DNA of 64,000 nt from Fistulifera solaris (Eukaryota), in contig AP026125.1 in NCBI GenBank assembly GCA_030295235.1, forward strand, positions 558,001 through 622,000. Reading direction: 5' to 3'. Each line of letters begins with the position of its first letter. Positions within the stretch are counted from its first letter, which is position 1. Both the position numbers and the translations under genes were made by a program. The notes below the pieces were generated by a model that saw only the letters and a program-made list of their open reading frames with translations, was not told the origin of the DNA and did not search any database. Below, piece after piece: positions 47,339-60,315 of the stretch.

Positions 47339-47879
47339 ATCACAACCTCACAAGATCGATTGATTGAATGGGCAGGAGCTAGGTCCACAATACAGTAGCA
47401 ATAATTGTTCTGTTATTTAGCAATAACAGTAAACAACAACAAACAGCAACTTTGAAATGATCTTCTCGATTGATCGCATCAAAGTTCCTCCCGTTCCTTG
47501 GTTCTATGTTCTTAGGTTCTAAGTATGACAATCTGACTCACCGGTACCCGATGATTTTTAGGAGATTTTGCTTCGTTCTCGCGGCCTCTCGTTGAATTTG
47601 AATGGAGCCCCGTCGCTTCATTCTGTTTTAATTCATCAAGACTGCTTCGATTAAAAAGTGACGGCAACTTACTAGTCGCAAGCACAGGAGAGCAGAAAGG
47701 TGAGAAGGGACAGGCACGCTGTTCGCGAAATTTCTGTTGCCGTGTGATCCTTATTTGATCGGCAAATACCTTGTACTCTCGAATTTGATGCCAGACAAAG
47801 TCAGCATACAAAGAGCGCAAGTATCTTTTCGTAAAGCTGATTTGTGAGTACCTGACTGGAAATTTGAGTGTTTTTTACA

Positions 47880-50016
47880 ATGGATCGTATGCCAGGGCCT
47901 GCGAGATCGCAAGGAAGATCAAATAATAGCGCTGGAAGAGGTCCATCCCAGCCTTACTTTGATAGACGAGAACCGCGGAGGGGGAGGGCCTGGCAATTAT
48001 CTTGGGATGCCTGCCGATCCCGGATGGCGAGGTCATCCAGGACCAGGCCGCTTTCTCGAGCATCGTCCTCCCGGGCCTATTCATGTTAGAGGAATGCCTA
48101 TACCCCGCCCAGGACCTCCACCACCTCCTCCTCGTCAATCAATACCACCCCCTCCGCCGCCGATATTTGCCCGTGCTGCACCGCGAGAATCTTTTGTACA
48201 TCTCGGTCGCGGACGAAGCCCCCTATGACAAGGCCACCCATACACCGGGGTGCAAGGCACGGGCCTGGTTTTTCGCTTCACCCCCTCGACCTCCTCTCAT
48301 TCCCCCTCCCCCTCCGCTACCCCAGGCGTATCCGACACCTTCGCAAAGCAATCCTGTCTTTCCAACGATCCCGCCACCGCTAACCGGCTATATTCTTCAA
48401 CCAAGCATACCGCCTGTACATCCACCTGTTCATACAAGTACCAATACCGTCAATAACAACAACAACACCTCCGTTTGGTCCGAATTCACATCTCCTGCTG
48501 GTGTGAAATACTATTACAATTCCGTCACGAAAGAAAGCACTTATGAGAAACCAGCTGGGTTTGTGTCGCCTCAGTTAAGGTCCACTGCTCCGCAACCAGC
48601 TACGACAAACGCTTCGGAATGGAAAGAATACACCGACAACGCTACCGGCAAGAAGTATTACTCGGATGGCGTCACAACCACTTGGGAAAAGCCAGTAACT
48701 TTCACAAATTCTACGCTTCATTTGTCAACCGATAAAGCAAGTTCTTCATCGAGTTCCAGCGATCCTCCAAACAAAAGGCTGAAAGTTTCGGCTAGGCCGA
48801 AGAGCGAGTTTGAGAGCAAAGAGGAGGCAGTAGCTGCTTTCAAAGGATTTCTGATTGCAAAGGATGTGTCCCCGACAACGAAATGGAGTGAGCTTACAAA
48901 ATTGTATTCCTCAGATCCTCGTTGGATGATCTGCGAAGACGCCTTGGCAACTGGAGAAAGGAAGCAGGCCCTTGCGGAATATCAGACCAAACGAGCCAAC
49001 GAGCTCCGCCAGATGGAGCGCCAAGAAAAAATTCGTGCCCGGGAAGCATTCATGGAACTTCTAACAGATTCTTTAACAAAATTGAAAGCCTTATCGTCAT
49101 GGAAAACATCCTTCGCCGATATTCGTGACTCTCTAACACGAGACGACCGATTTCACGCCGTAGCTGACGAATCGACACGAGAGAGCCTCTTCCTAGATTT
49201 TTGTGAGGAAATAAGGAAAAGGGAAGAAAGAAAGAAGCGCGACCTGCGTCGACAAGCTAAGGAAGATTTTATTGCGTTTCTATCTGAAAAACAAGAGGGA
49301 GGATATCTTAGTTTTGCTTCAACGTGGAACTCCTTCGTGGCATCACTTGACGAGAACGACAAGAACGATGAACGATTTGGTGAATCAATCCACATGTCGG
49401 ATTCTGACAGAGAGATGTACTTTGCCGATTTTGTACATGACCTTCGGGAATCTGAGGAGGACAAACGTTGGCGTCGTCGTGATGCGAAACGGAGGTCGGG
49501 AGAAGTGGAACGGGATGCGTACGAAGACTTTCTTTGTCGACTTGCCCGTGACGACGAAAAGCTTTTTCCTTGGTCTGAGTGGAGAGATATCGAAGACACC
49601 GTAAACGTTGATTCGAGCTACAAAGCGCTTTATGAGCTTGATTCAGACGCTCCGAAAGAATTATTCGAAGATTTTGTTTCCGATTGGAACCACCGTTACC
49701 GAAAAGATCAAGAAGTTTTGGCGGAATTGCTGAGACCGTCGTCACACACAAAAGTCGTCGTTGACTGTGAAACGTCATTCGATACGTTCAAAAAGGCATT
49801 TTAGAAGCGGCACAAAGGTCTCCTGGTCTACTTGACGAGATTACTGATATTTTCAACCAAGTCGAACCTGTATCCAGTGCCAAAGTCTTTTTGAAAGAGA
49901 TGCAATCAAAGAACGGAACCGGAAGATCCGTTATCCGTCGCACCGGAGCGTTGCGCATAGGTCATTACGATTCTAGCGAAGACGAAGGGGAGATCACCGA
50001 AGAAATTGAGAAGTGA
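47880..50016 (+). CDS. PRP40/TCERG1-like WW + FF domain splicing factor (indels in the Pro-rich 5' part and at ~49800)
   Basis: Two WW domains ('WSEFTSPAGVKYYYNSVTKESTYEKP', 'WKEYTDNATGKKYYSDGVTTTWEKP'), FF repeats and a terminal 'DSSEDEGEI'. Confidence 0.85.
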
Positions 50017-50129
50017 GGAACGCACGACACACAGCGAGCAGAACAACTAAGTTAGAAGGGAATATGTTTGAAAAGCGCCGTTAACGGGGAATTCCAAAGG
50101 TGTTGTAATCCTTGGCAGCTGACGTGGGA

Positions 50130-51809
50130 TCAAAGATATATTGCAAGAAGCGAAACAGCATGCAATGACCGCCGTCTTAGTTTCTCTCCTGCATCTTGTC
50201 GTACACCAAAACATGCCAAACTTTCGACCAACCCGTACTGCTTGGCCAACCGCGGATGTGCGCTTGTCATACCGGTGAAAGTTAGCAAGAGCTCAATCGT
50301 TTCACGTGCAACTGTACTTTGCTGAATTTCAGCTGTGGCATGATTCACTACAGCTTCTATCAGTTCTGGATTGTAAATCAAACGTTTCATGCTCGCTAAA
50401 TTGGAGGCTATACGGAGCATTGTTTGTATCACAAGAATTCGCGTGCTCTTTTCCGAATCATTGGCTAATGTAACAAGTGCTTTGATGGCGAATGGTAATC
50501 TGGCGAGAGTGAAAGCGCTGAACTGATTCTTCGAGTGTTCCGACAGAGCCAATGCTGCCCAAAGGCGGATGCTTGCATTAAAAGAGTTGGACAAGCATAC
50601 CAAGACCTCCATCATCTTGTGGTAAGCGTTATGACCGACTGCAATGTATCTCGCAAGTCGCATCAAGGAATAAGCGGCCACTGTAGCTACTTCATCTTCC
50701 GTCGACGCGTTTGATGCAATACGAATTAGACGAGGGACAATTTCGGCACATCGATTTATCAGTGCACCAGCAGTTCTCCTCTGTATAAGACGAAAAATGA
50801 CTTTTGCCGAATCGACTCTGACGTCGAGTGATTTAAGATTGGAAACCATCAACTTCGCAATCGCTCCTTCGTTGTGGTAACAGATCAGTGATTTGAATTT
50901 ATTGTCCGATACCACTATCTCCACCGTTTTAATGGCAAGCAACTTTGTTGGGGTATGACTGACGCCAAGGAATAGTTCAAGGGATTCTAGAAACCCACCT
51001 GTCTGCACCAACTTTTTCCGATTCCGTTTTTCCGCTGCCAAGTTGTGAAGAATCTGGGCAACATGGAAGCGCACTACGTAATCTTTTGTGACCAGCGCGC
51101 AATGGATTAGGTTTTCTGCTGCTTTTGGTAGTTTAGCAACGTACATTCCATTTCCTCGATCGCGGGTCCACGCACTCAGAAGCATAGCAGCACATTCCGC
51201 CCGATCGTCGTTACATTGCATGAAATTGAGTAGCAACCCAATGAGGACGTGTCCGTTCTTAATGAAAAGGAATGATACTTTGATCTCTCTTAGTTGATAA
51301 AGGAATGCCAACAACGCCTTTTGTGACAACATCCCCTTTTGTTTATCCAACAGTACAGAAAGAAGTGACAATAGCTCGGCACCGCTATCGTAGAAGAAAG
51401 GACTGGCTACTTCAGCTGCGTTGAAGAGAAGGCTGCTAAGCAAATTGCATTTTAAAGCAGTTGAACGATCATCACTCGATTGTCGGCACCGAGTAAGACA
51501 TTTTAGAACAAGCGTGGCGGCACCATTGTCACAGAGAAAGCGACAATCAGTCGGGCTGAGTTCTGAGAAGAATGCATTCGTTACCTCTATAAGTTCGATC
51601 TCGGTTTCCACGTCCGGCGCTTCGACTAGCAATTCTAATAGCCGCACGCTTTCCCCTATTCTCTTCGAGCTGCTCGTCGAGTGTATCATCATGGTTTGGT
51701 TTGTGATAGTTGATGAGAAGGCATCGACCGCTTTGTTTATGCAAATAATGAACCTATGATTATGAATTTGTATGTGCTTAACGGCAATTTTGTTTAATAC
51801 AGAACCCAC
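50130..51809 (-). CDS. Armadillo-repeat protein (start probably ~51692)
   Basis: Leu-rich helical repeats such as 'VAQILHNLAAEKRNRKKLV' and 'RLWAALALSEHS'. Confidence 0.7.
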   Translation of the reverse strand: MGSVLNKIAVKHIQIHNHRFIICINKAVDAFSSTITNQTMMIHSTSSSKRIGESVRLLELLVEAPDVETEIELIEVTNAFFSELSPTDCRFLCDNGAATLVLKCLTRCRQSSDDRSTALKCNLLSSLLFNAAEVASPFFYDSGAELLSLLSVLLDKQKGMLSQKALLAFLYQLREIKVSFLFIKNGHVLIGLLLNFMQCNDDRAECAAMLLSAWTRDRGNGMYVAKLPKAAENLIHCALVTKDYVVRFHVAQILHNLAAEKRNRKKLVQTGGFLESLELFLGVSHTPTKLLAIKTVEIVVSDNKFKSLICYHNEGAIAKLMVSNLKSLDVRVDSAKVIFRLIQRRTAGALINRCAEIVPRLIRIASNASTEDEVATVAAYSLMRLARYIAVGHNAYHKMMEVLVCLSNSFNASIRLWAALALSEHSKNQFSAFTLARLPFAIKALVTLANDSEKSTRILVIQTMLRIASNLASMKRLIYNPELIEAVVNHATAEIQQSTVARETIELLLTFTGMTSAHPRLAKQYGLVESLACFGVRQDAGEKLRRRSLHAVSLLAIYL

Positions 51810-52505
51810 ATGAAAGCTCGGAGTACTGGAATGCTATAACAAGTTTGCTTTTACCCTAAGAATACCGTTTTATTTCAAATTCGGTGTTTCTTATTTGTTC
51901 AATTTAGAGTTTTACTAAAGTGGGCGAGTAACGATCTTTGTTATATGAAGCCTTACGTAGTCTATCTCAGCTCTCTAGTAGGCGTTTTGCACATAGCGCC
52001 GATCCCGATTCATCGTCACTAAACCTCCTAACGCCAACGCCTTTCATTCAGCGGTAAGGTTACAGGTTACCGACGTGACGAAAGCAAGCTCAATCTCCGG
52101 GTCTTGTTGAATACCGGTCAGCGACGACCTTGCGAAGAATTTAGATGGCCGGTGCACATTTGACTCTACCGCAAATAGTACGCGGCTTCTTGCATTGGCT
52201 CTTGGCTCTTCGCTCTCGCACCTCGCAGAGCCACAGAGTGGGCCCAATGGTTGCAGACCGCACGACGCACGACTTCGTCGATGGTTGGGTGTTACGTTAT
52301 TTTATTCCTCTACAAGAATCTTGGTTATTGAATAAACTCAAACGTTCGCTATTGTATTCAACAATTGAAAACGACGACTGGGTTTCTTTTCGAGCGGAAA
52401 GGCTATAACACTTCGTGGGTATTCCTTTCGATTGAAAAAGGAGGAGAGGAGAAAAAGGAGAAGATTGTAAAACGTTTTGTGCGGCAAACACGTTGCCAGC
52501 TGACA

Positions 52506-55500
52506 ATGAGTGTGGAGAAACAGAACGGGGCGAAAGAAATTTCTGTGAAGCAAATAGAGCTTCAAAAATCATCGAGCATGCATAACCAGTCTTCAGTGAA
52601 TCCGGAAACTTTGGAAAGGTTGCCTCCATCGACGTCGGCCCCACATGTTCTCAAGACTGCTAATATTACTGAAAATGAGTCTTTTCGAAACGGGAAAAAC
52701 GAGGTGCGAGACTGGTTTGAAGCCATGGACGCTCGGGAGCGTAGTTCTGTCCTCGCTTTCGTGGATGAATCGTTTTTGACGGCGCTTTTATCCTTTGCAT
52801 CATGGTCCAATTCGCCTTCAACCACCCAAGGGGGTACCAGTAAGTACAATAGCGTTTAGAGTACAATCCCACGTCGTCCCGGCGTCTGTTCGTCGGTCAG
52901 CGATTCCCGGCACGTTGAATGATGAAGATTCCATTCGACTAGGGCGAAGAGCCATCGACAACTTTGATGTCGGTCGGTCGGGTTTACTTTGTTTACAAAT
53001 CAATTCAAATTATTTATGTATTCACAAATATTTTTTTCTTAATTCAGGCAAACGAATCGACTGGACTGCTACGGTGGATGTCAATGCTTTCTTGGATTCC
53101 ATGCATGGGCGTCCGCATGATATATTATTGGGATCTAGCACAGAAGATGACAATGTCGAAGCAAAAGATGAAGTCGACCAAAGCACGAACGCGGCAGATG
53201 CGACTATCGAAGAAGCAGGGCGTGAGCTTGTTGATTCTAATGCGTTAAGGATACCCAGGAACGAAAATTCGGTTGCACGAGAACTTGCACTTAGCGATAT
53301 CAAATCGATATCACGCGTTATCAACAAGGTATGCCTTGTCTTTCCGGCTGCTTTTCGCCACTTTAATGCAGAATTTGGAGACGAGAAGAGCCCCGCAATC
53401 GTTATGACTCATGACGATGAGACCGAGTGGCAACAAGCGCTGAATACATTCGACCAAGTTTTTACACACTTCTTTGGTTCGGGTTTTCTGATGAATGTCG
53501 ATTTGTCTGAAACATCGATCGACACGCTCTTGCTCTTACGGTTGGAGCACTTGAAGAAAGCGAACAATTGTGTTCCTTTGGCACTTATCTTTTTCGTTCG
53601 GCTCGAAATGGCCGCTGTTTTGTCCTTCAGAGATGAGTTTCGTTCAAGCCATGACTATACGGTTAGATTACGGAAGCCTTTATCTCGATTATTATCCAGC
53701 ACCACAATGCTTGCGTCGAATACTCAGGTTGATTCTTGCTTGGGTCCTTTTCTGTCGGCTTTCTGTATACCAAGTGATGATTCATCGATCGACATTACTT
53801 CTCTTTGGCTCACGCCTCTCAACTATCTTTCATACGTTGAACGCAACAACATGAACTACGACTGGGTCGCCTTAGATAACGCCATCGGTCTGTCATTGAA
53901 TCAAATCGGGGCTCCGAATTCTGTCGACGACGGAATTTGCATTCGTAGCGAAAGTACCGATGCCGAGTTGAAAGAACCTTTAGAGGTACAGAATGCGACA
54001 AGCGACACCCTCGACAATCTGTCCATTCACCTAAAGAAGAAGAGGAAATCGAGAAAGCGAAAGGTGCGTAGTTTTTGGCGAACTTCCTTTTGTTCTTCCG
54101 TTGCAGCAGTCTTACATGTTTTCTGACATTTTCAGGGAGGGAAGAAAAGTTCTCACAGCGAGAAACATAGTATCGAAACGGTTGACGTGGAGCCAGAGCG
54201 TGGAATGAAAGAAGTTGTCATAGCAGCGGCGGAGATGCCTCCGAGAAATTCTGAAAGTCTGGTGATAAAGCCAAATCTTCCTCCCCACGTTGTCGCGGAC
54301 GATATTATCGAACAAAGTCTTGAACGCAAAACGGCTGAAGTGCCGCTACATCTTAATCATTCTATTTCGGTATCAAGTGAAGACTCTGATCACTCTCTGA
54401 GTGCTAAAGACGATTTGGGAGGAAAAGACACCTCAGCAGCAAGTAAAGTACCGGTACCGATTGCTTCGCCCGAGTCGCATCTTTTACATGCGGCTCGAAA
54501 CGCTGAGGTTGAGGAGGATGACGAAGATGCTTGGGAAAGGGTCGAAGTTCGTGGAAGAGGTAACCGCAGAAAGGGCAGCGATCAACAGATGCTTCCTGTG
54601 AAGAATCGTCCCCACAATGGGGGGCCCGACGGAACGAGCGGATTGAAAAAGGCAAAAGGTGCTAGATCCGTAGCATCGAGAAAGAAGGTTGCGAACCGTA
54701 AAGTTGCAAAAGACATAATTTCTTCCGTTTTGGACAAGGTAGCGGACGAAGTGCAAGTCAAGAAAGCCATTAGTTCGAAGCAAGCAGACAATCCTTGGAA
54801 AGTTACAAACAATGTCCCGTCCACCCGAATAGAACCGAAAGTACTTTCTCACGCCCCGTCAGCAAAAATGACTCCCCCGCGCGAAAAGACCATGCGAGAT
54901 GTTCTGCTAGGGCCTCAAGAGAGTACCTACAGTGGAAAGCAGCCGCCTATTGTGCAGAACACCAGCTCTCCTAAAAAAGATCAAGTCGGTCGAACGAAAA
55001 TCACCCCAAATAAAGTGGACAAAGACATTTCAACCACTGCTCTGGCAGATCAAAATACTGCTCCTACGTACCAGGAAACGGTCTCCGCCGTTTCAACACC
55101 GTCAAACGTCGCTACAAAACAAGATCGAAATTCGTCTGAGGAGAGAGTTTCGAAGAGTGACTCCTCCAGCGTCGACGAAACAAACGGAACGCCTCTAAGC
55201 AATGGTCGGCAGTCCACACAACCGAAGCCTGGTACAAGCAGTGACAGTCCACCGCTTCCGACCTTGTTGAACCCGGATAATGCCAACAGTACAACTTCTT
55301 CCGTAGCGTCGAGCCTTGAAATACCCAGCGGTTGTCATCGACACCACGCAGGCACCGGAGACGTCAATGACGTTGGTTATCACCTTTTGGACGTCTGCGA
55401 CCAGTTAAGCCGAGACATGTGCTTGTTTATGAGCAGGCGAGCGTTAGCTCTCGGTGCGCGTCGTCGCGAAAGAGGGGCCATCCTCTATGCATTGCAAGAT

Positions 55501-57614
55501 GTACTATCAAAGATTTGGCCTAACAGTTGTCATGTAGAGATGTATGGTAGCTGTGCGACTCAATTGGATCTTCCTTCATCAGATCTTGATGTCGTTATCA
55601 TGGGATTGGATAGAACCCAAAACATGATGATACACGCTGCCCCTCCTATGCCCGAAACACCTTCGAGTCCCTCACTTCATAAGATTAGACCTGTGAAAGC
55701 CTCTACGAACGAGACGTCAGGCACAAGCAATTTAAAACCCCAAGCCCCGGCGAAACAACATCAGGTGCCACCGTATCCTTCATTCATTCCTTTGCCTATA
55801 CAATCAAACGCCGATCGAGTGCTAAGGTTAGCTGCAGAGTTAGAATTGCAACCATGGGCTGTACAAGTAAATGCTATACCAACTGCATCGGTCCCGGTTG
55901 TAAAGGTGCTTTGTGATCCTTCTCGTCTTGTTGGAGGTACGATCAGCGGTGATTGGATGGCACATCATCAACATCTAGCTACAGACGCGGCTGCAGCAGC
56001 TGGGCAATCTCTCAAAGATGGTATTAAAGATAAGGATTCTAGGAGTAAGCAGCAACTGCATTCACCGCCGCAACCATTGCTATCTTGGCGTGGATCAGAC
56101 GTAATGAACGGATTGTTGAAGCTTGATATTACTTTCGAAGGCCCTGAACATGGTGGTATTGGATCAACTCAATTTTCTGCCAGAGTAGTTAACGATGCTT
56201 GCCTACAAGCCAACGTAGCCCCAGATGCAACTCCCTTGGTTCAGGTTGTGATGGTGCTGAAAGAGCTCCTTGTCCAGCGCAAGTTAAATGAACCGTACTC
56301 TGGAGGCTTGAGCAGTTACGCGCTATTGCTACTGGTAGTTGCACTGCTAAGGGAACGGGAAGTGATTCGAAAGGAAATAGAGAGAGTTGAACTCCAAAGG
56401 AAAGCAATGGCCCAAGGCGACGCAACGGTTGTATTCACCAACACAGGAGCAGTAGGACGAAGCGAAGGTGTGATGCCTGGTGCTTCAATAGCCGAATGTT
56501 GGACTCACGTGGAGGCTGGGCAGCAAGCCATGAAAAGTGCTGAAAACAGGTCAGGGAAGGTTAAGACTAACGCTTCACTTGGAAGCCAGGTACCGAAGCT
56601 TTCGACAAACTCATTGAAGAACAAGGCTGGTATAGCGACTGAGACCATCGGCAGTACCACCACCGGGTTGTCGTCTTGGGCATCAGTTGCCAAAAGGTTC
56701 CACAGCATTCGTCGCCGCGGCAACTAGAATCAGCTGGAAAGAAAGCAGCAGGGGACACTGCTGCAGCAATTCGAGAAGCGCCTTCCAAAGAAAAGGCAAA
56801 AGCAACGTTTGCGGATGCTGTTTCAAAAACAGCAGCACCAACAGTGACGACCAAGATCAATGGGGTTGATTCGAACAGCAAACAGAATGGATCCCATTCG
56901 GTGCCTAATTTTGCACAGTCTTCTCAACAAGATGATAAACGCACGCGCACCTTAGCTTCAACGAATGGAGCAGATACATCGGTTCGATCTAATTCCAAAG
57001 ACGATGAGTCAAAGTTCAAGAAACATTCCAAATCGGAAGCGGTGTCTGTCGACCCTTCCATTATCCAGGGGTCCTATTTTGCCCAAGGCTTCAACGACAT
57101 CGTTGAAGTTTTATGTTCTGGTGAAACCACTGCTGGCAAATTGCTGATGCATTTCCTCCTGTACTATGGTCAACACTTCGATGCACAATCCACTGCTATT
57201 GATATTTCTGGAAAGCATGAACGACCCTATTCCAATCACGTGTTTCCATATGCACACATATCACCATACATACAAAGACGAGCGCATGGCACGATTGATC
57301 CTGTTACAGGGATGCTCACGGTTGATCCGATTGTTATATTCGATCCTCTTGAAGGCGCGGAAAATACTAACGTGGCTCGTCGCTGTTTTGCCTGGCTTAG
57401 CGTTCGATGGATTTTTGCCCAATCATACAACACCCTGTCGAGCGCCGTTGAAAGAAGCGCTTCACCTTCGACTCCGGGCGCAAAGCATACAGCAGAGACA
57501 AGAGGCGATCCTAGCGACTCGAAACCTCGAGCTTCGTCTACCGTCACTAGCGATGTTTCAAATGATACTACGGATCCTCAGTCTCCCCTTTTGAGATGCT
57601 TGCTTTCATTCTAA
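52506..57614 (+). CDS. TRF4/PAPD5-like non-canonical poly(A) polymerase with long N-terminal extension; introns ~52840-53048 and ~54063-54135, frameshift ~56695
   Basis: 'VEMYGSCATQLDLPSSDLDVVI' (GS..DxD), 'ASVPVVK', 'LDITF', 'KLNEPYSGGLSSYAL', 'FLLYYG..FD', 'IFDPLE...NVAR'. Confidence 0.85.
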
Positions 57615-57694
57615 ACAAGTATGAAATTCTTATATAGAAAACATGTGTTTACTGCGATGCTGCATAATTAAAGTAATTGTAGTGCTTTAAATTT

Positions 57695-59557
57695 TCAAGA
57701 TGGCGTCGGATCTCCAAGATCGCATAATTCGTCTTCCGTGAATAATTTCGGTAACAGGTACGACCGAATCACCATGAGAAGGCCGATCATGCTTGGAAAA
57801 AAGATTGCAGTCGCGCTATTTTGTTTGAAGAACCAAAGCCCAAGTAGGCACGCAATTTGGGTGACAGTGAAAATTGCCGTTTTGGTCCTGCCAATGTACC
57901 TGATCGGATGATCCTTGGGCAGACGGCTAGTTTCGACAAAGCTGTCTCGAACGCGCTGCAGAAACGAATTGCCCGACATCAGCTTTCGCCCCAAGAAGAT
58001 GAAGGTTCCAGCAACAACTGGGATCGGAACGAACCGTAGTAATGGCAATAGGAATACAGTGGCAGCCAGCAACGCATGAACAGTGAAACCTGTGACACGA
58101 GTTTCCGTTACCTTGACGATTTCTGGTTCGCCCGTTTCCTCGTTAAATCTGGTCTCCGTCATGGCTCGAACATGGCTCAACGATTGTACGGTTGCGCCAC
58201 ACATCCAAGGGAGTCCGACCAGTGACAAGGCACCTGTAATGATACCAAGAGCGACCATATCAAGGTTGTAGGCCGCACCTTTACTCAATTTGTTATCAGG
58301 ATTATTGACAACCCTGACACTGATATTTTGGTCCATGAAAAACAGACTGGATAAAAGCATAGCTGGGAATGCACAGAGAAGCTTCACTCGCATAGGGACC
58401 GCATGGAGATCAATGAAAAGGTTCCTGTTTCCGGCCAGCTGAAAGGTGCTGGGTACAACAAGAGTGGGAACTGCGAATTTCTTGACCCATTGTTGTTGAT
58501 TCACAAGAGACATCAAAACAAAGATTGTTACAGGGCCGAAATCTTTGACGAATGTTCGTGCTTTCTGATTAAAGAATTTGCTTGTTTCGAATGCGGCTAC
58601 TTGCATGGTCGACCAGAATGTTGTCAACGCCATAGCCAGCGCAACAAAAGGCATAGTGAGATTCATCGGATCAGCTGTCTCGAAGTTTCGCTTGAGTGAA
58701 GCTATTGCTTCGTAGAGAAAATTCATACTGAGTAACGCATTGAATATTTCGTCCGTGAAGCGGGTGCAGAAGCGAATTAATTGACTGGAACCCTTTAGTC
58801 CCAAAACGACAAAGAAAAAGCTGGTCCACAGACCAACCCAGCTGTACACTGGAAAGAAGGGCAAGCCTCTTAGGGTACAAAAGCGAAAGAGTCCCGATAT
58901 AAATGCCAGCGTCAATCCAGTGGGTGCAATGAAGGCCATGGGCTGCCCGCATAAAATCGAATACGCGACGCCACTAAGACCAGCGCTGAGTAGAAACTCG
59001 ACAATCCCCATGGCTCCATTGGTGATTTCGGTGGCTATTGTACCAAAACTAACCGCGGGTGATAGGCACGCAAAGTAAAGGAACAAAATAGCAGGAACTA
59101 CTGTCTTCATATTGGAGAAAGCATCCGTCCAGTCCGAAAGATATACCCCGCGTCGTAACTCAAAATCCTCTTTCATTTCTGGTGAAATAATATGACCAAG
59201 AAAGCCTTTATTTTGAGAAGATGCGGTGGCGTTGTAAAGCTTGCGCAGAAAGATTCTACGACGATAGCCCCGGTATTTGTCGATTTGTTCGAGATACGAC
59301 GGCGAAAAATCATAAAACGGACCCTCGCCGTCGTCGTCTTCCAAAGTCGCAAGTTGTAGAGAGGCGCGATAATTCCCTGCCGAAGTGCGTGCTCTTCCAT
59401 TCCGCAGGGTTGCCTGGACATCTCGCAGCGTTCTAGTTTGCAAGAATGGAGCGGTTATACTAGGCGGTGTCGGTTGCTGCAATAACGGGAATGATATTAC
59501 ACAAAGAGCAATATTAGTCCACAAGCTAAGTTTGAGAAGTTGTCTTAGAAAGCCCAT
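57695..59557 (-). CDS. SLC4: SLC4-family bicarbonate (anion) transporter, membrane domain only, with signal+transit presequence
   Basis: 'YLSDWTDA', 'FLYFACLSPAVSFG', 'GQPMAFIAPTG', 'TRFTDEIF', 'FFMDQNIS', 'GLPWMCGATVQSLSHVRA', 'VTETRVTG'. N-terminus '...IALCVIS-FPL'. Confidence 0.92.
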   Translation of the reverse strand: MGFLRQLLKLSLWTNIALCVISFPLLQQPTPPSITAPFLQTRTLRDVQATLRNGRARTSAGNYRASLQLATLEDDDGEGPFYDFSPSYLEQIDKYRGYRRRIFLRKLYNATASSQNKGFLGHIISPEMKEDFELRRGVYLSDWTDAFSNMKTVVPAILFLYFACLSPAVSFGTIATEITNGAMGIVEFLLSAGLSGVAYSILCGQPMAFIAPTGLTLAFISGLFRFCTLRGLPFFPVYSWVGLWTSFFFVVLGLKGSSQLIRFCTRFTDEIFNALLSMNFLYEAIASLKRNFETADPMNLTMPFVALAMALTTFWSTMQVAAFETSKFFNQKARTFVKDFGPVTIFVLMSLVNQQQWVKKFAVPTLVVPSTFQLAGNRNLFIDLHAVPMRVKLLCAFPAMLLSSLFFMDQNISVRVVNNPDNKLSKGAAYNLDMVALGIITGALSLVGLPWMCGATVQSLSHVRAMTETRFNEETGEPEIVKVTETRVTGFTVHALLAATVFLLPLLRFVPIPVVAGTFIFLGRKLMSGNSFLQRVRDSFVETSRLPKDHPIRYIGRTKTAIFTVTQIACLLGLWFFKQNSATAIFFPSMIGLLMVIRSYLLPKLFTEDELCDLGDPTPS

Positions 59558-60315
59558 CGTTTTTGTTCTCTAAGGTGCGAGTTCGCTGATGTTGATTGAC
59601 GGTGAATGATTTGGTCGATCGAAGAGATTTCAATCCTTGAAGGTTGTGTTGCGCGACGGGCTTTATATCTGACCACGTCGATTGATACTCGATAATAAGA
59701 TAGAGAAATAATAGCTTTTGGTTGTAGCGTAAGGAAAAGAAAACGCGTCTTCTACTATAGCTGTCAGCATCCGCATCCGATCACTCATCGAAGTCATTCA
59801 TCTGCGATGCGAGAAAGGACGGATGCCAAGAGAAAAAATTTCAAAATCTTTTTCTCGTGCCAGCACACACGTGCGTATGCTCGGTCGTCTTACAGACATT
59901 GCGACATAAGATGACGTGGCCACACGGGACACGTTTCTTTCACGTCGCGTGGAAAAAAATCGTTCGGGGATTCTAAACACTGAAAATGGCTGCTTTATAG
60001 AGTACACAGTAAAGTGTTACTTAAGGGTCAAAGTTTCCGTTGAGGGCTTTTTGAATTCGTTGTTGGAGGGAGACTCCACAAAAATGAGTGGAGCCGACGC
60101 GGGAGGCGGAGTTTCGTTTTTTGTGTCACGGCGACGTTTTCGACGAAACGAAGTGCACGTTGTTGTTTGCGTCCTTTCGAGGTCGACCGTTTCACAACGA
60201 AACCGGAACAAAACTTGCACATCATAATCTCCATAAAGCTGCGTGAGAAAAGGAATACAAAGTAGGCGTAGAGGAGCTTTGCCGGCAACGATTAATTTGA
60301 ACATTTGCCTAGAAC

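Noticed and set aside
47512..47820. 102-aa minus-strand ORF or possible ncRNA upstream of the PRP40-like gene
   Set aside because: Non-ATG start, no motif, and no convincing RNA structure that I could identify.
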